DNA from: Eledone cirrhosa
Taxonomy: Eukaryota
NCBI GenBank assembly: GCA_964016885.1
Contig: OZ024743.1
Coordinates: 125,302,001-125,366,000, forward strand
Length of the DNA: 64,000 nt
Direction: 5' to 3'
Shown here in pieces: positions 42,155 through 56,466 of the stretch. Under the pieces are notes generated by a model. The model saw only the letters and a program-made list of their open reading frames with translations, did not search any database and had not been told where the DNA came from. Numbering within the stretch: the first letter of the stretch is position 1; every line of letters starts with the position of its first letter. The position numbers and the translations under genes are program-made.

Positions 42155-44320
42155 CTGTGTTCCAAGAAGTAGAGGGTAAAAATATATCAGAAACTATCAT
42201 TATCAAAGTACTTGGAAGTAAACAAATTTGTCAATATATACATATTTTTTAAATGGTAAATACATATTTGTACAAAAACTGTACAAGATTCAGTGGAAAG
42301 TGTGTAAATAAATAAACATACTGACAAATGTAAAAATATCTTTTTTTTTACAGACTAAAATAGAGTGTATATGCTGGCTCAAGTTTCCATTCTAGTTGGA
42401 GTCACCCTCAGAAACTGTGTACAACTCTATCATTCCACAGAGAAATACTCAATTAATGACTTTATAAGCAAACCAAATAAGGCAGATAAGCAAATTGGAG
42501 ATGCTGATAGTTAATTCAATTAGATAGTAAATTATGTAAAAAGCAGATGAAATATAGAATAAATATATATATGAAGGCACATGGCTTAGTGGTTAGAGCA
42601 TTGGCCTTGCAATCGAAAGGTTGTGAGTTCAATTCTCAGACCGGGTGATGTGTTGTTTCCTTGTGCAAGACACTTTATTTCACATTGCTCCAGTTTACTC
42701 AGCTGTAGAAATGAGATGATAGGGACTGGGGTCCATATCATTCCACTGCAAATTAGTCATAGAGGTGCCACGGCAAAAAAGCACCCAGCACTCACTGTAA
42801 ATGAGATTGGTGTTAGCAAGGGCATCCAGCTGTAGAAATCAAGCCAGAATCAGTTCCCGTCCCACCCTTGCAAGCAGGGAAAAAGCGGACGTAAAATGAA
42901 ATGATGATGATGATATTTTCATGGTAAATGCTTTATCCCACATAATTATTTCACATAATATCGAATCTATGAGATTTTGAAAGTATTTATTTTGAGAACA
43001 ATACCTTAACATCAGTTTGAATGACCAGTTACAGCCAGTTTCAACAGAAAGAGGTAGAGAATTCTGGCCGGTTTGGGCCAGTTTAAACATTAAAGGGTTA
43101 AACCATAGTGTACAAGAAATCAAATGAAATAGAGGTGCAGAGACACTTGTGTCCCCCCCTAGCTGATACATTCACTAGTATTTATGGTTTTCACAAAGAT
43201 GTTCATTCAAACTGGTGAAATTTCATGTGGTAAGAATACAATCAACATCTGTTGTGCAGTAAAATTATACTATCACCTAGTCAAGTTTAATATCCAAGCA
43301 GCAGCCAATGGTTACCTGGTATTGCAACAAACAAAATAGTCAAGTCTCAATTCCAAGCAACAATCAAAGTGTGTTTATTACCTAGTATGTTGACAAACCA
43401 CATAGATATATCTCATTTCCAACCAACAAAGGATTTTTATCATATAGTATGGCAAAAAAAAACACATAATCACGCCTCATTTCCAACCAACAAAGGCTAT
43501 TTATGATCTAGTATGGTTACAAACCACATAGTCAAGTTTCATTTCCAACCAAACATTTAGGAGGCATGTTAGGTGTAACAAATACAAATAAACAATCCCA
43601 CTAGTTTTGAAAGATTTATCAACTTAATATCTCTTAATTGTATAGCCAGCCTGAAGGTTACCATGAAAACATTTATCATAGAAGATAAAATTCTATGAAT
43701 TACTAGAGCCAAGTTTAACATGATGACAAAATATAGTTCTGGGTTTCATCCTACTATGCAGCACACTAGACAAATGTCTTCTACTTTAAATTTGGGTTGG
43801 CCAAAGCTTTACAAGTGAATTTCGATAGATAGAAACTGTCTGGCAGCCATCAGAGAAAACATTCCGGTTTTAGGATGATAGACTAAATATGTTGCCCCAG
43901 TTAACATCATTATCTGGCCCTTAGGTACATTTAGCAGCACACACTGTTGTAAATATTCAGGCTAGGTCTCCAATATGATTCTTCTCTTCCTCTTACCAGT
44001 CTCGGAAGAACCTGCAAAGAAATAATAAGCATTCCCTTTTTTTCCTCAGACAAAACATAAATAAATAAAAAGGAAATTTGTTATAAAATTGTTTTTATTG
44101 TATAATTTAAAATATATTTATACATATATATATTGGTATTTGTTGTTGTTGTTGGTGACATACACGCAGTCTAAATATTTATTCATGGTGTTTCCTCTAA
44201 TATTGTAAAGAGTCCACTCTGATACAAAGAATTCATTTCTCACATCACCATGTGTATAGAGACTACCACAAATAAATCAAGAATTGCCACACTGCAATTA
44301 CAACTTTGATGAATTGCATA

Positions 44321-44360
<40 letters not shown>

Positions 44361-44847
44361 ATACTTTGGGAAGGTCATGCTGACAATAAAAACACACACA
44401 CCTGTTGGTTTTCACTTCAATTTATTATAAATTTCCAGTTGGTTGGTTGCTTGATTCAATAACCAGATGGTTGTTTATATATTGTCAAAGCTCTTTCGTC
44501 ACACATACTGTGACTGGGTTTTTATTTTGTGTCTCTCCTTTGTTCTGTCCTACACCATCTTGTTTTTGTGTGTTGACAACACACAAACCAACCAACTAGC
44601 TGGAAATTTATAAATTCAAGTGAAAACCAACAGGTGCATGTACTGTTATTTGCAGCAAGACACTCCCAAACTATAACAATATCTGTTTCAACACATGCTT
44701 TCAGATAAGAAATCTTGCAAAACGAATTCAAAAACGAAGTATATATATGTGTGTGTGTGTGATGCCCCAGCATGGACTCAGCCTGTCAGCTGGAATATGT
44801 AACAGAATAATATATACATATATATATACTTCTTGTTGAAATATTGT

Positions 44848-45009
44848 TCACGTTCTTGGGGAATCTTTTGAGTCTTGATTAGAAGTAAAGTCATAAGGCT
44901 TCCACCAGTTTGAAAACTGTAAGACTTTCTGTCGTTGAACTTCAAACTTCTCATTACGGCTTTTACGGAAAAGATACGTATCAGCATCAATCATACCTCC
45001 AATAATTTC
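44848..45009 (-). CDS. CWF19L2: CWF19L2 terminal exon, copy 2 (Thr variant)
   Basis: Same sequence as copy 1. Confidence 0.8.
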   Translation of the reverse strand, partial: EIIGGMIDADTYLFRKSRNEKFEVQRQKVLQFSNWWKPYDFTSNQDSKDSPRT

Positions 45010-47181
45010 CTGTGTTCCAAGAAGTAGAGGGTAAAAATATATCAGAAACTATCATTATCAAAGTACTTGGAAGTAAACAAATTTGTCAATATATACATAT
45101 TTTTTAAATGGTAAATACATATTTGTACAAAAACTGTACAAGATTCAGTGGAAAGTGTGTAAATAAATAAACATACTGACAAATGTAAAAATATCTTTTT
45201 TTTTACAGACTAAAATAGAGTGTATATGCTGGCTCAAGTTTCCATTCTAGTTGGAGTCACCCTCAGAAACTGTGTACAACTCTATCATTCCACAGAGAAA
45301 TACTCAATTAATGACTTTATAAGCAAACCAAATAAGGCAGATAAGCAAATTGGAGATGCTGATAGTTAATTCAATTAGATAGTAAATTATGTAAAAAGCA
45401 GATGAAATATAGAATAAATATATATATGAAGGCACATGGCTTAGTGGTTAGAGCATTGGCCTTGCAATCGAAAGGTTGTGAGTTCAATTCTCAGACCGGG
45501 TGATGTGTTGTTTCCTTGTGCAAGACACTTTATTTCACATTGCTCCAGTTTACTCAGCTGTAGAAATGAGATGATAGGGACTGGGGTCCATATCATTCCA
45601 CTGCAAATTAGTCATAGAGGTGCCACGGCAAAAAAGCACCCAGCACTCACTGTAAATGAGATTGGTGTTAGCAAGGGCATCCAGCTGTAGAAATCAAGCC
45701 AGAATCAGTTCCCGTCCCACCCTTGCAAGCAGGGAAAAAGCGGACGTAAAATGAAATGATGATGATGATATTTTCATGGTAAATGCTTTATCCCACATAA
45801 TTATTTCACATAATATCGAATCTATGAGATTTTGAAAGTATTTATTTTGAGAACAATACCTTAACATCAGTTTGAATGACCAGTTACAGCCAGTTTCAAC
45901 AGAAAGAGGTAGAGAATTCTGGCCGGTTTGGGCCAGTTTAAACATTAAAGGGTTAAACCATAGTGTACAAGAAATCAAATGAAATAGAGGTGCAGAGACA
46001 CTTGTGTCCCCCCCCCCCCCCTAGCTGATACATTCACTAGTATTTATGGTTTTCACAAAGATGTTCATTCAAACTGGTGAAATTTCATGTGGTAAGAATA
46101 CAATCAACATCTGTTGTGCAGTAAAATTATACTATCACCTAGTCAAGTTTAATATCCAAGCAGCAGCCAATGGTTACCTGGTATTGCAACAAACAAAATA
46201 GTCAAGTCTCAATTCCAAGCAACAATCAAAGTTTGTTTATTACCTAGTATGTTGACAAACCACATAGATATATCTCATTTCCAACCAATAAAGGATTTTT
46301 ATCATATAGTTTGGCAAAAAAAACACATAATCAAGCCTCATTTCCAACCAACAAAGGCTATTTATGATCTAGTATGGTTACAAACCACATAGTCAAGTCT
46401 CATTTCCAACCAAACATTTAGGAGGCATGTTAGGTGTAACAAATACAAATAAACAATCCCACTAGTTTTGAAAGATTTATCAACTTAATATCTCTTAATT
46501 GTATAGCCAGCCTGAAGGTTACCATGAAAACATTTATCATAGAAGATAAAATTCTATGAATTACTAGAGCCAAGTTTAACATGATGACAAAATATAGTTC
46601 TGGGTTTCATCCTACTATGCAGCACACTAGACAAATGTCTTCTACTTTAAATTTGGGTTGGCCAAAGCTTTACAAGTGAATTTCGATAGATAGAAACTGT
46701 CTGGCAGCCATCAGAGAAAACATTCCGGTTTTAGGATGATAGACTAAATATGTTGCCCCAGTTAACATCATTATCTGGCCCTTAGGTACATTTAGCAGCA
46801 CACACTGTTGTAAATATTCAGGCTAGGTCTCCAATATGATTCTTCTCTTCCTCTTACCAGTCTCGGAAGAACCTGCAAAGAAATAATAAGCATTCCCTTT
46901 TTTTCCTCAGACAAAACATAAATAAATAAAGAGGAAATTTGTTATAAAATTGTTTTTATTGTATAATTTAAAATAAATTTATACATATATATATTGGTAT
47001 TTGTTGTTGTTGTTGGTGACATACACGCAGTCTAAATATTTATTCATGGTGTTTCCTCTAATATTGTAAAGAGTCCACTCTGATACAAAGAATTCATTTC
47101 TCACATCACCATGTGTATAGAGACTACCACAAATAAATCAAGAATTGCCACACTGCAATTACAACTTTGATGAATTGCATA

Positions 47182-47221
<40 letters not shown>

Positions 47222-47708
47222 ATACTTTGGGAAGGTCATGCTGACAATAAAAACACACACACCTGTTGGTTTTCACTTCAATTTATTATAAATTTCCAGT
47301 TGGTTGGTTGCTTGATTCAATAACCAGATGGTTGTTTATATATTGTCAAAGCTCTTTCGTCACACATACTGTGACTGGGTTTTTATTTTGTGTCTCTCCT
47401 TTGTTCTGTCCTACACCATCTTGTTTTTGTGTGTTGACAACACACAAACCAACCAACTAGCTGGAAATTTATAAATTCAAGTGAAAACCAACAGGTGCAT
47501 GTACTGTTATTTGCAGCAAGACACTCCCAAACTATAACAATATCTGTTTCAACACATGCTTTCAGATAAGAAATCTTGCAAAACGAATTCAAAAACGAAG
47601 TATATATATGTGTGTGTGTGTGATGCCCCAGCATGGACTCAGCCTGTCAGCTGGAATATGTAATAGAATAATATATACATATATATATACTTCTTGTTGA
47701 AATATTGT

Positions 47709-47870
47709 TCACGTTCTTGGGGAATCTTTTGAGTCTTGATTAGAAGTAAAGTCATAAGGCTTCCACCAGTTTGAAAACTGTAAGACTTTCTGTCGTTGAA
47801 CTTCAAACTTCTCATTTCGGCTTTTACGGAAAAGATACGGATCAGCATCAATCATACCTCCAATGATTTC
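47709..47870 (-). CDS. CWF19L2: CWF19L2 terminal exon, copy 3 (Pro variant)
   Basis: EIIGGMIDADPYLFRK...; acceptor and frame intact. Confidence 0.8.
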   Translation of the reverse strand, partial: EIIGGMIDADPYLFRKSRNEKFEVQRQKVLQFSNWWKPYDFTSNQDSKDSPRT

Positions 47871-50049
47871 CTGTGTTCCAAGAAGTAGACGGTAAAAATA
47901 TATCAGAAACTATCATTATCAAAGTACTTGGAAGTAAACAAATTTGTCAATATATACATATTTTTTAAATGGTAAATACATATTTGTACAAAAACTGTAC
48001 AAGATTCAGTGGAAAGTGTGTAAATAAATAAACATACTGACAAATGTAAAAATATCTTTTTTTTTACAGACTAAAATAGAGTGAATATGCTGGCTCAAGT
48101 TTCCATTCTAGTTGGAGTCACCCTCAGAAACTGTGTACAACTCTATCATTCCACAGAGAAATACTCAATTAATGACTTTATAAGCAAACCAAATAAGGCA
48201 GATAAGCAAATTGGAGATGCTGATAGTTAATTCAATTAGATAGTAAATTATGTAAAAAGCAGATGAAATATAGAATAAATATATATATGAAGGCACATGG
48301 CTTAGTGGTTAGAGCATTGGCCTTGCAATCGAAAGGTTGTGAGTTCAATTCTCAGACCGGGTGATGTGTTGTTTCCTTGTGCAAGACACTTTATTTCACA
48401 TTGCTCCAGTTTACTCAGCTGTAGAAATGAGATGATAGGGACTGGGGTCCATATCATTCCACTGCAAAGTAGTCATAGAGGTGCCACGGCAAAAAAGCAC
48501 CCAGCACTCACTGTAAATGAGATTGGTGTTAGCAAGGGCATCCAGCTGTAGAAATCAAGCCAGAATCAGTTCCCGTCCCACCCTTGCAAGCAGGGAAAAA
48601 GCGGACGTAAAATGAAATGATGATGATGATATTTTCATGGTAAATGCTTTATCCCACATAATTATTTCACATAATATCGAATCTATGAGATTTTGAAAGT
48701 ATTTATTTTGAGAACAATACCTTAACATCAGTTTGAATGACCAGTTACAGCCAGTTTCAACAGAAAGAGGTAGAGAATTCTGGCCGGTTTGGGCCAGTTT
48801 AAACATTAAAGGGTTAAACCATAGTGTACAAGAAATCAAATGAAATAGAGGTGCAGAGACACTTGTGTCCCCCCCCCCCCCCCCCCTAGCTGATACATTC
48901 ACTAGTATTTATGGTTTTCACAAAGATGTTCATTCAAACTGGTGAAATTTCATGTGGTAAGAATACAATCAACATCTGTTGTGCAGTAAAATTATACTAT
49001 CACCTAGTCAAGTTTAATATCCAAGCAGCAGCCAATGGTTACCTGGTATTGCAACAAACAAAATAGTCAAGTCTCAATTCCAAGCAACAATCAAAGTGTG
49101 TTTATTACCTAGTATGTTGACAAACCACATAGATATATCTCATTTCCAACCAATAAAGGATTTTTATCATATAGTTTGGCAAAAAAAACACATAATCAAG
49201 CCTCATTTCCAACCAACAAAGGCTATTTATGATCTAGTATGGTTACAAACCACATAGTCAAGTCTCATTTCCAACCAAACATTTAGGAGGCATGTTAGGT
49301 GTAACAAATACAAATAAACAATCCCACTAGTTTTGAAAGATTTATCAACTTAATATCTCTTAATTGTATAGCCAGCCTGAAGGTTACCATGAAAACATTT
49401 ATCATAGAAGATAAAATTCTATGAATTACTAGAGCCAAGTTTAACATGATGACAAAATATAGTTCTGGGTTTCATCCTACTATGCAGCACACTAGACAAA
49501 TGTCTTCTACTTTAAATTTGGGTTGGCCAAAGCTTTACAAGTGAATTTCGATAGATAGAAACTGTCTGGCAGCCATCAGAGAAAACATTCCGGTTTTAGG
49601 ATGATAGACTAAATATGTTGCCCCAGTTAACATCATTATCTGGCCCTTAGGTACATTTAGCAGCACACACTGTTGTAAATATTCAGGCTAGGTCTCCAAT
49701 ATGATTCTTCTCTTCCTCTTACCAGTCTCGGAAGAACCTGCAAAGAAATAATAAGCATTCCCTTTTTTTCCTCAGACAAAACATAAATAAATAAAAAGGA
49801 AATTTGTTATAAAATTGTTTTTATTGTATAATTTAAAATAAATTTATACATATATATATTGGTATTTGTTGTTGTTGTTGGTGACATACACGCAGTCTAA
49901 ATATTTATTCATGGTGTTTCCTCTAATATTGTAAAGAGTCCACTCTGATACAAAGAATTCATTTCTCACATCACCATGTGTATAGAGACTACCACAAATA
50001 AATCAAGAATTGCCACACTGCAATTACAACTTTGATGAATTGCATAAAA

Positions 50050-50086
<37 letters not shown>

Positions 50087-50573
50087 ATACTTTGGGAAGG
50101 TCATGCTGACAATAAAAACACACACACCTGTTGGTTTTCACTTCAATTTATTATAAATTTCCAGTTGGTTGGTTGCTTGATTCAATAACCAGATGGTTGT
50201 TTATATATTGTCAAAGCTCTTTCGTCACACATACTGTGACTGGGTTTTTATTTTGTGTCTCTCCTTTGTTCTGTCCTACACCATCTTGTTTTTGTGTGTT
50301 GACAACACACAAACCAACCAACTAGCTGGAAATTTATAAATTCAAGTGAAAACCAACAGGTGCATGTACTGTTATTTGCAGCAAGACACTCCCAAACTAT
50401 AACAATATCTGTTTCAACACATGCTTTCAGATAAGAAATCTTGCAAAACGAATTCAAAAACGAAGTATATATATGTGTGTGTGTGTGATGCCCCAGCATG
50501 GACTCAGCCTGTCAGCTGGAATATGTAATAGAATAATATATACATATATATATACTTCTTGTTGAAATATTGT

Positions 50574-50735
50574 TCACGTTCTTGGGGAATCTTTTGAGTC
50601 TTGATTAGAAGTAAAGTCATAAGGCTTCCACCAGTTTGAAAACTGTAAGACTTTCTGTCGTTGAACTTCAAACTTCTCATTTCGGCTTTTACGGAAAAGA
50701 TACGGATCAGCATCAATCATACCTCCAATGATTTC
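50574..50735 (-). CDS. CWF19L2: CWF19L2 terminal exon, copy 4
   Basis: Pro variant, intact. Confidence 0.8.
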   Translation of the reverse strand, partial: EIIGGMIDADPYLFRKSRNEKFEVQRQKVLQFSNWWKPYDFTSNQDSKDSPRT

Positions 50736-52907
50736 CTGTGTTCCAAGAAGTAGACGGTAAAAATATATCAGAAACTATCATTATCAAAGTACTTGGAAGT
50801 AAACAAATTTGTCAATATATACATATTTTTTAAATGGTAAATACATATTTGTACAAAAACTGTACAAGATTCAGTGGAAAGTGTGTAAATAAATAAACAT
50901 ACTGACAAATGTAAAAATATCTTTTTTTTTACAGACTAAAATAGAGTGAATATGCTGGCTCAAGTTTCCATTCTAGTTGGAGTCACCCTCAGAAACTGTG
51001 TACAACTCTATCATTCCACAGAGAAATACTCAATTAATGACTTTATAAGCAAACCAAATAAGGCAGATAAGCAAATTGGAGATGCTGATAGTTAATTCAA
51101 TTAGATAGTAAATTATGTAAAAAGCAGATGAAATATAGAATAAATATATATATGAAGGCACATGGCTTAGTGGTTAGAGCATTGGCCTTGCAATCGAAAG
51201 GTTGTGAGTTCAATTCTCAGACCGGGTGATGTGTTGTTTCCTTGTGCAAGACACTTTATTTCACATTGCTCCAGTTTACTCAGCTGTAGAAATGAGATGA
51301 TAGGGACTGGGGTCCATATCATTCCACTGCAAAGTAGTCATAGAGGTGCCACGGCAAAAAAGCACCCAGCACTCACTGTAAATGAGATTGGTGTTAGCAA
51401 GGGCATCCAGCTGTAGAAATCAAGCCAGAATCAGTTCCCGTCCCACCCTTGCAAGCAGGGAAAAAGCGGACGTAAAATGAAATGATGATGATGATATTTT
51501 CATGGTAAATGCTTTATCCCACATAATTATTTCACATAATATCGAATCTATGAGATTTTGAAAGTATTTATTTTGAGAACAATACCTTAACATCAGTTTG
51601 AATGACCAGTTACAGCCAGTTTCAACAGAAAGAGGTAGAGAATTCTGGCCGGTTTGGGCCAGTTTAAACATTAAAGGGTTAAACCATAGTGTACAAGAAA
51701 TCAAATGAAATAGAGGTGCAGAGACACTTGTGTCCCCCCCCCCCCTAGCTGATACATTCACTAGTATTTATGGTTTTCACAAAGATGTTCATTCAAACTG
51801 GTGAAATTTCATGTGGTAAGAATACAATCAACATCTGTTGTGCAGTAAAATTATACTATCACCTAGTCAAGTTTAATATCCAAGCAGCAGCCAATGGTTA
51901 CCTGGTATTGCAACTAACAAAATAGTCAAGTCTCAATTCCAAGCAACAATCAAAGTTTGTTTATTACCTAGTATGTTGACAAACCACATAGATATATCTC
52001 ATTTCCAACCAACAAAGGATTTTTATCATATCGTATGGCAAAAAAAAACACATAATCACGCCTCATTTCCAACCAACAAAGGCTATTTATGATCTAGTAT
52101 GGTTACAAACCACATAGTCAAGTTTCATTTCCAACCAAACATTTAGGAGGCATGTTAGGTGTAACAAATACAAATAAACAATCCCACTAGTTTTGAAAGA
52201 TTTATCAACTTAATATCTCTTAATTGTATAGCCAGCCTGAAGGTTACCATGAAAACATTTATCATAGAAGATAAAATTCTATGAATTACTAGAGCCAAGT
52301 TTAACATGATGACAAAATATAGTTCTGGGTTTCATCCTACTATGCAGCACACTAGACAAATGTCTTCTACTTTAAATTTGGGTTGGCCAAAGCTTTACAA
52401 GTGAATTTCGATAGATAGAAACTGTCTGGCAGCCATCAGAGAAAACATTCCGGTTTTAGGATGATAGACTAAATATGTTGCCCCAGTTAACATCATTATC
52501 TGGCCCTTAGGTACATTTAGCAGCACACACTGTTGTAAATATTCAGGCTAGGTCTCCAATATGATTCTTCTCTTCCTCTTACCAGTCTCGGAAGAACCTG
52601 CAAAGAAATAATAAGCATTCCCTTTTTTTCCTCAGACAAAACATAAATAAATAAAAAGGAAATTTGTTATAAAATTGTTTTTATTGTATAATTTAAAATA
52701 TATTTATACATATATATATTGGTATTTGTTGTTGTTGTTGGTGACATACACGCAGTCTAAATATTTATTCATGGTGTTTCCTCTAATATTGTAAAGAGTC
52801 CACTCTGATACAAAGAATTCATTTCTCACATCACCATGTGTATAGAGACTACCACAAATAAATCAAGAATTGCCACACTGCAATTACAACTTTGATGAAT
52901 TGCATAA

Positions 52908-52977
<70 letters not shown>

Positions 52978-53464
52978 ATACTTTGGGAAGGTCATGCTGA
53001 CAATAAAAACACACACACCTGTTGGTTTTCACTTCAATTTATTATAAATTTCCAGTTGGTTGGTTGCTTGATTCAATAACCAGATGGTTGTTTATATATT
53101 GTCAAAGCTCTTTCGTCACACATACTGTGACTGGGTTTTTATTTTGTGTCTCTCCTTTGTTCTGTCCTACACCATCTTGTTTTTGTGTGTTGACAACACA
53201 CAAACCAACCAACTAGCTGGAAATTTATAAATTCAAGTGAAAACCAACAGGTGCATGTACTGTTATTTGCAGCAAGACACTCCCAAACTATAACAATATC
53301 TGTTTCAACACATGCTTTCAGATAAGAAATCTTGCAAAACGAATTCAAAAACGAAGTATATATATGTGTGTGTGTGTGATGCCCCAGCATGGACTCAGCC
53401 TGTCAGCTGGAATATGTAATAGAATAATATATACATATATATATACTTCTTGTTGAAATATTGT

Positions 53465-53626
53465 TCACGTTCTTGGGGAATCTTTTGAGTCTTGATTAGA
53501 AGTAAAGTCATAAGGCTTCCACCAGTTTGAAAACTGTAAGACTTTCTGTCGTTGAACTTCAAACTTCTCATTTCGGCTTTTACGGAAAAGATACGGATCA
53601 GCATCAATCATACCTCCAATGATTTC
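53465..53626 (-). CDS. CWF19L2: CWF19L2 terminal exon, copy 5
   Basis: Pro variant, intact. Confidence 0.8.
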   Translation of the reverse strand, partial: EIIGGMIDADPYLFRKSRNEKFEVQRQKVLQFSNWWKPYDFTSNQDSKDSPRT

Positions 53627-56304
53627 CTGTGTTCCAAGAAGTAGACGGTAAAAATATATCAGAAACTATCATTATCAAAGTACTTGGAAGTAAACAAATT
53701 TGTCAATATATACATATTTTTTAAATGGTAAATACATATTTGTACAAAAACTGTACAAGATTCAGTGGAAAGTGTGTAAATAAATAAACATACTGACAAA
53801 TGTAAAAATATCTTTTTTTTTACAGACTAAAATAGAGTGAATATGCTGGCTCAAGTTTCCATTCTAGTTGGAGTCACCCTCAGAAACTGTGTACAACTCT
53901 ATCATTCCACAGAGAAATACTCAATTAATGACTTTATAAGCAAACCAAATAAGGCAGATAAGCAAATTGGAGATGCTGATAGTTAATTCAATTAGATAGT
54001 AAATTATGTAAAAAGCAGATGAAATATAGAATAAATATATATGAAGGCACATGGCCTAGTGGTTAGAGCATTGGCCTTGCAATCGAAAGGTTGTGAGTTC
54101 AATTCTCAGACCGGGTGATGTGTTGTTTCCTTGTGCAAGACACTTTATTTCACATTGCTCCAGTTTACTCAGCTGTAGAAATGAGATGATAGGGACTGGG
54201 GTCCATATCATTCCACTGCAAAGTAGTCATAGAGGTCCCACGGCAAAAAAGCACCCAGCACTCACTGTAAATGAGATTGGTGTTAGCAAGGGCATCCAGC
54301 TGTAGAAATCAAGCCAGAATCAGTTCCCGTCCCACCCTTGCAAGCAGGGAAAAAGCGGACGTAAAATGAAATGATGATGATGATATTTTCATGGTAAATG
54401 CTTTATCCCACATAATTATTTCACATAATATCGAATCTATGAGATTTTGAAAGTATTTATTTTGAGAACAATACCTTAACATCAGTTTGAATGACCAGTT
54501 ACAGCCAGTTTCAACAGAAAGAGGTAGAGAATTCTGGCCGGTTTGGGCCAGTTTAAACATTAAAGGGTTAAACCATAGTGTACAAGAAATCAAATGAAAT
54601 AGAGGTGCAGAGACACTTGTCCCCCCCCCCCCCTAGCTGATACATTCACTAGTATTTATGGTTTTCACAAAGATGTTCATTCAAACTGGTGAAATTTCAT
54701 GTGGTAAGAATACAATCAACATCTGTTGTGCAGTAAAATTATACTATCACCTAGTCAAGTTTAATATCCAAGCAGCAGCCAATGGTTACCTGGTATTGCA
54801 ACAAACAAAATAGTCAAGTGTCAATTCCAAGCAACAATCAAAGTTTGTTTATTACCTAGTATGTTGACAAACCACATAGATATATCTCATTTCCAACCAA
54901 TAAAGGATTTTTATCATATAGTTTGGCAAAAAAAACACATAATCAAGCCTCATTTCCAACCAACAAAGGCTATTTATGATCTAGTATGGTTACAAACCAC
55001 ATAGTCAAGTCTCATTTCCAACCAAACATTTAGGAGGCATGTTAGGTGTAACAAATACAAATAAACAATCCCACTAGTTTTGAAAGATTTATCAACTTAA
55101 TATCTCTTAATTGTATAGCCAGCCTGAAGGTTACCATGAAAACATTTATCATAGAAGATAAAATTCTATGAATTACTAGAGCCAAGTTTAACATGATGAC
55201 AAAATATAGTTCTGGGTTTCATCCTACTATGCAGCACACTAGACAAATGTCTTCTACTTTAAATTTGGGTTGGCCAAAGCTTTACAAGTGAATTTCGATA
55301 GATAGAAACTGTCTGGCAGCCATCAGAGAAAACATTCCGGTTTTAGGATGATAGACTAAATATGTTGCCCCAGTTAACATCATTATCTGGCCCTTAGGTA
55401 CATTTAGCAGCACACACTGTTGTAAATATTCAGGCTAGGTCTCCAATATGATTCTTCTCTTCCTCTTACCAGTCTCGGAAGAACCTGCAAAGAAATAATA
55501 AGCATTCCCTTTTTTTCCTCAGACAAAACATAAATAAATAAAAAGGAAATTTGTTATAAAATTGTTTTTATTGTATAATTTAAAATATATTTATACATAT
55601 ATATATTGGTATTTGTTGTTGTTGTTGGTGACATACACGCAGTCTAAATATTTATTCATGGTGTTTCCTCTAATATTGTAAAGAGTCCACTCTGATACAA
55701 AGAATTCATTTCTCACATCACCATGTGTATAGAGACTACCACAAATAAATCAAGAATTGCCACACTGCAATTACAACTTTGATGAATTGCATAAAAAAAA
55801 AATATATATATATTGTTATACTTTGGGAAGGTCATGCTGACAATAAAAACACACACACCTGTTGGTTTTCACTTCAATTTATTATAAATTTCCAGTTGGT
55901 TGGTTGCTTGATTCAATAACCAGATGGTTGTTTATATATTGTCAAAGCTCTTTCGTCACACATACTGTGACTGGGTTTTTATTTTGTGTCTCTCCTTTGT
56001 TCTGTCCTACACCATCTTGTTTTTGTGTGTTGACAACACACAAACCAACCAACTAGCTGGAAATTTATAAATTCAAGTGAAAACCAACAGGTGCATGTAC
56101 TGTTATTTGCAGCAAGACACTCCCAAACTATAACAATATCTGTTTCAACACATGCTTTCAGATAAGAAATCTTGCAAAACGAATTCAAAAACGAAGTATA
56201 TATATGTGTGTGTGTGTGATGCCCCAGCATGGACTCAGCCTGTCAGCTGGAATATGTAATAGAATAATATATACATATATATATACTTCTTGTTGAAATA
56301 TTGT

Positions 56305-56466
56305 TCACGTTCTTGGGGAATCTTTTGAGTCTTGATTAGAAGTAAAGTCATAAGGCTTCCACCAGTTTGAAAACTGTAAGACTTTCTGTCGTTGAACTTC
56401 AAACTTCTCATTTCGGCTTTTACGGAAAAGATACGGATCAGCATCAATCATACCTCCAATGATTTC
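56305..56466 (-). CDS. CWF19L2: CWF19L2 terminal exon, copy 6
   Basis: Pro variant, intact. Confidence 0.8.
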   Translation of the reverse strand, partial: EIIGGMIDADPYLFRKSRNEKFEVQRQKVLQFSNWWKPYDFTSNQDSKDSPRT

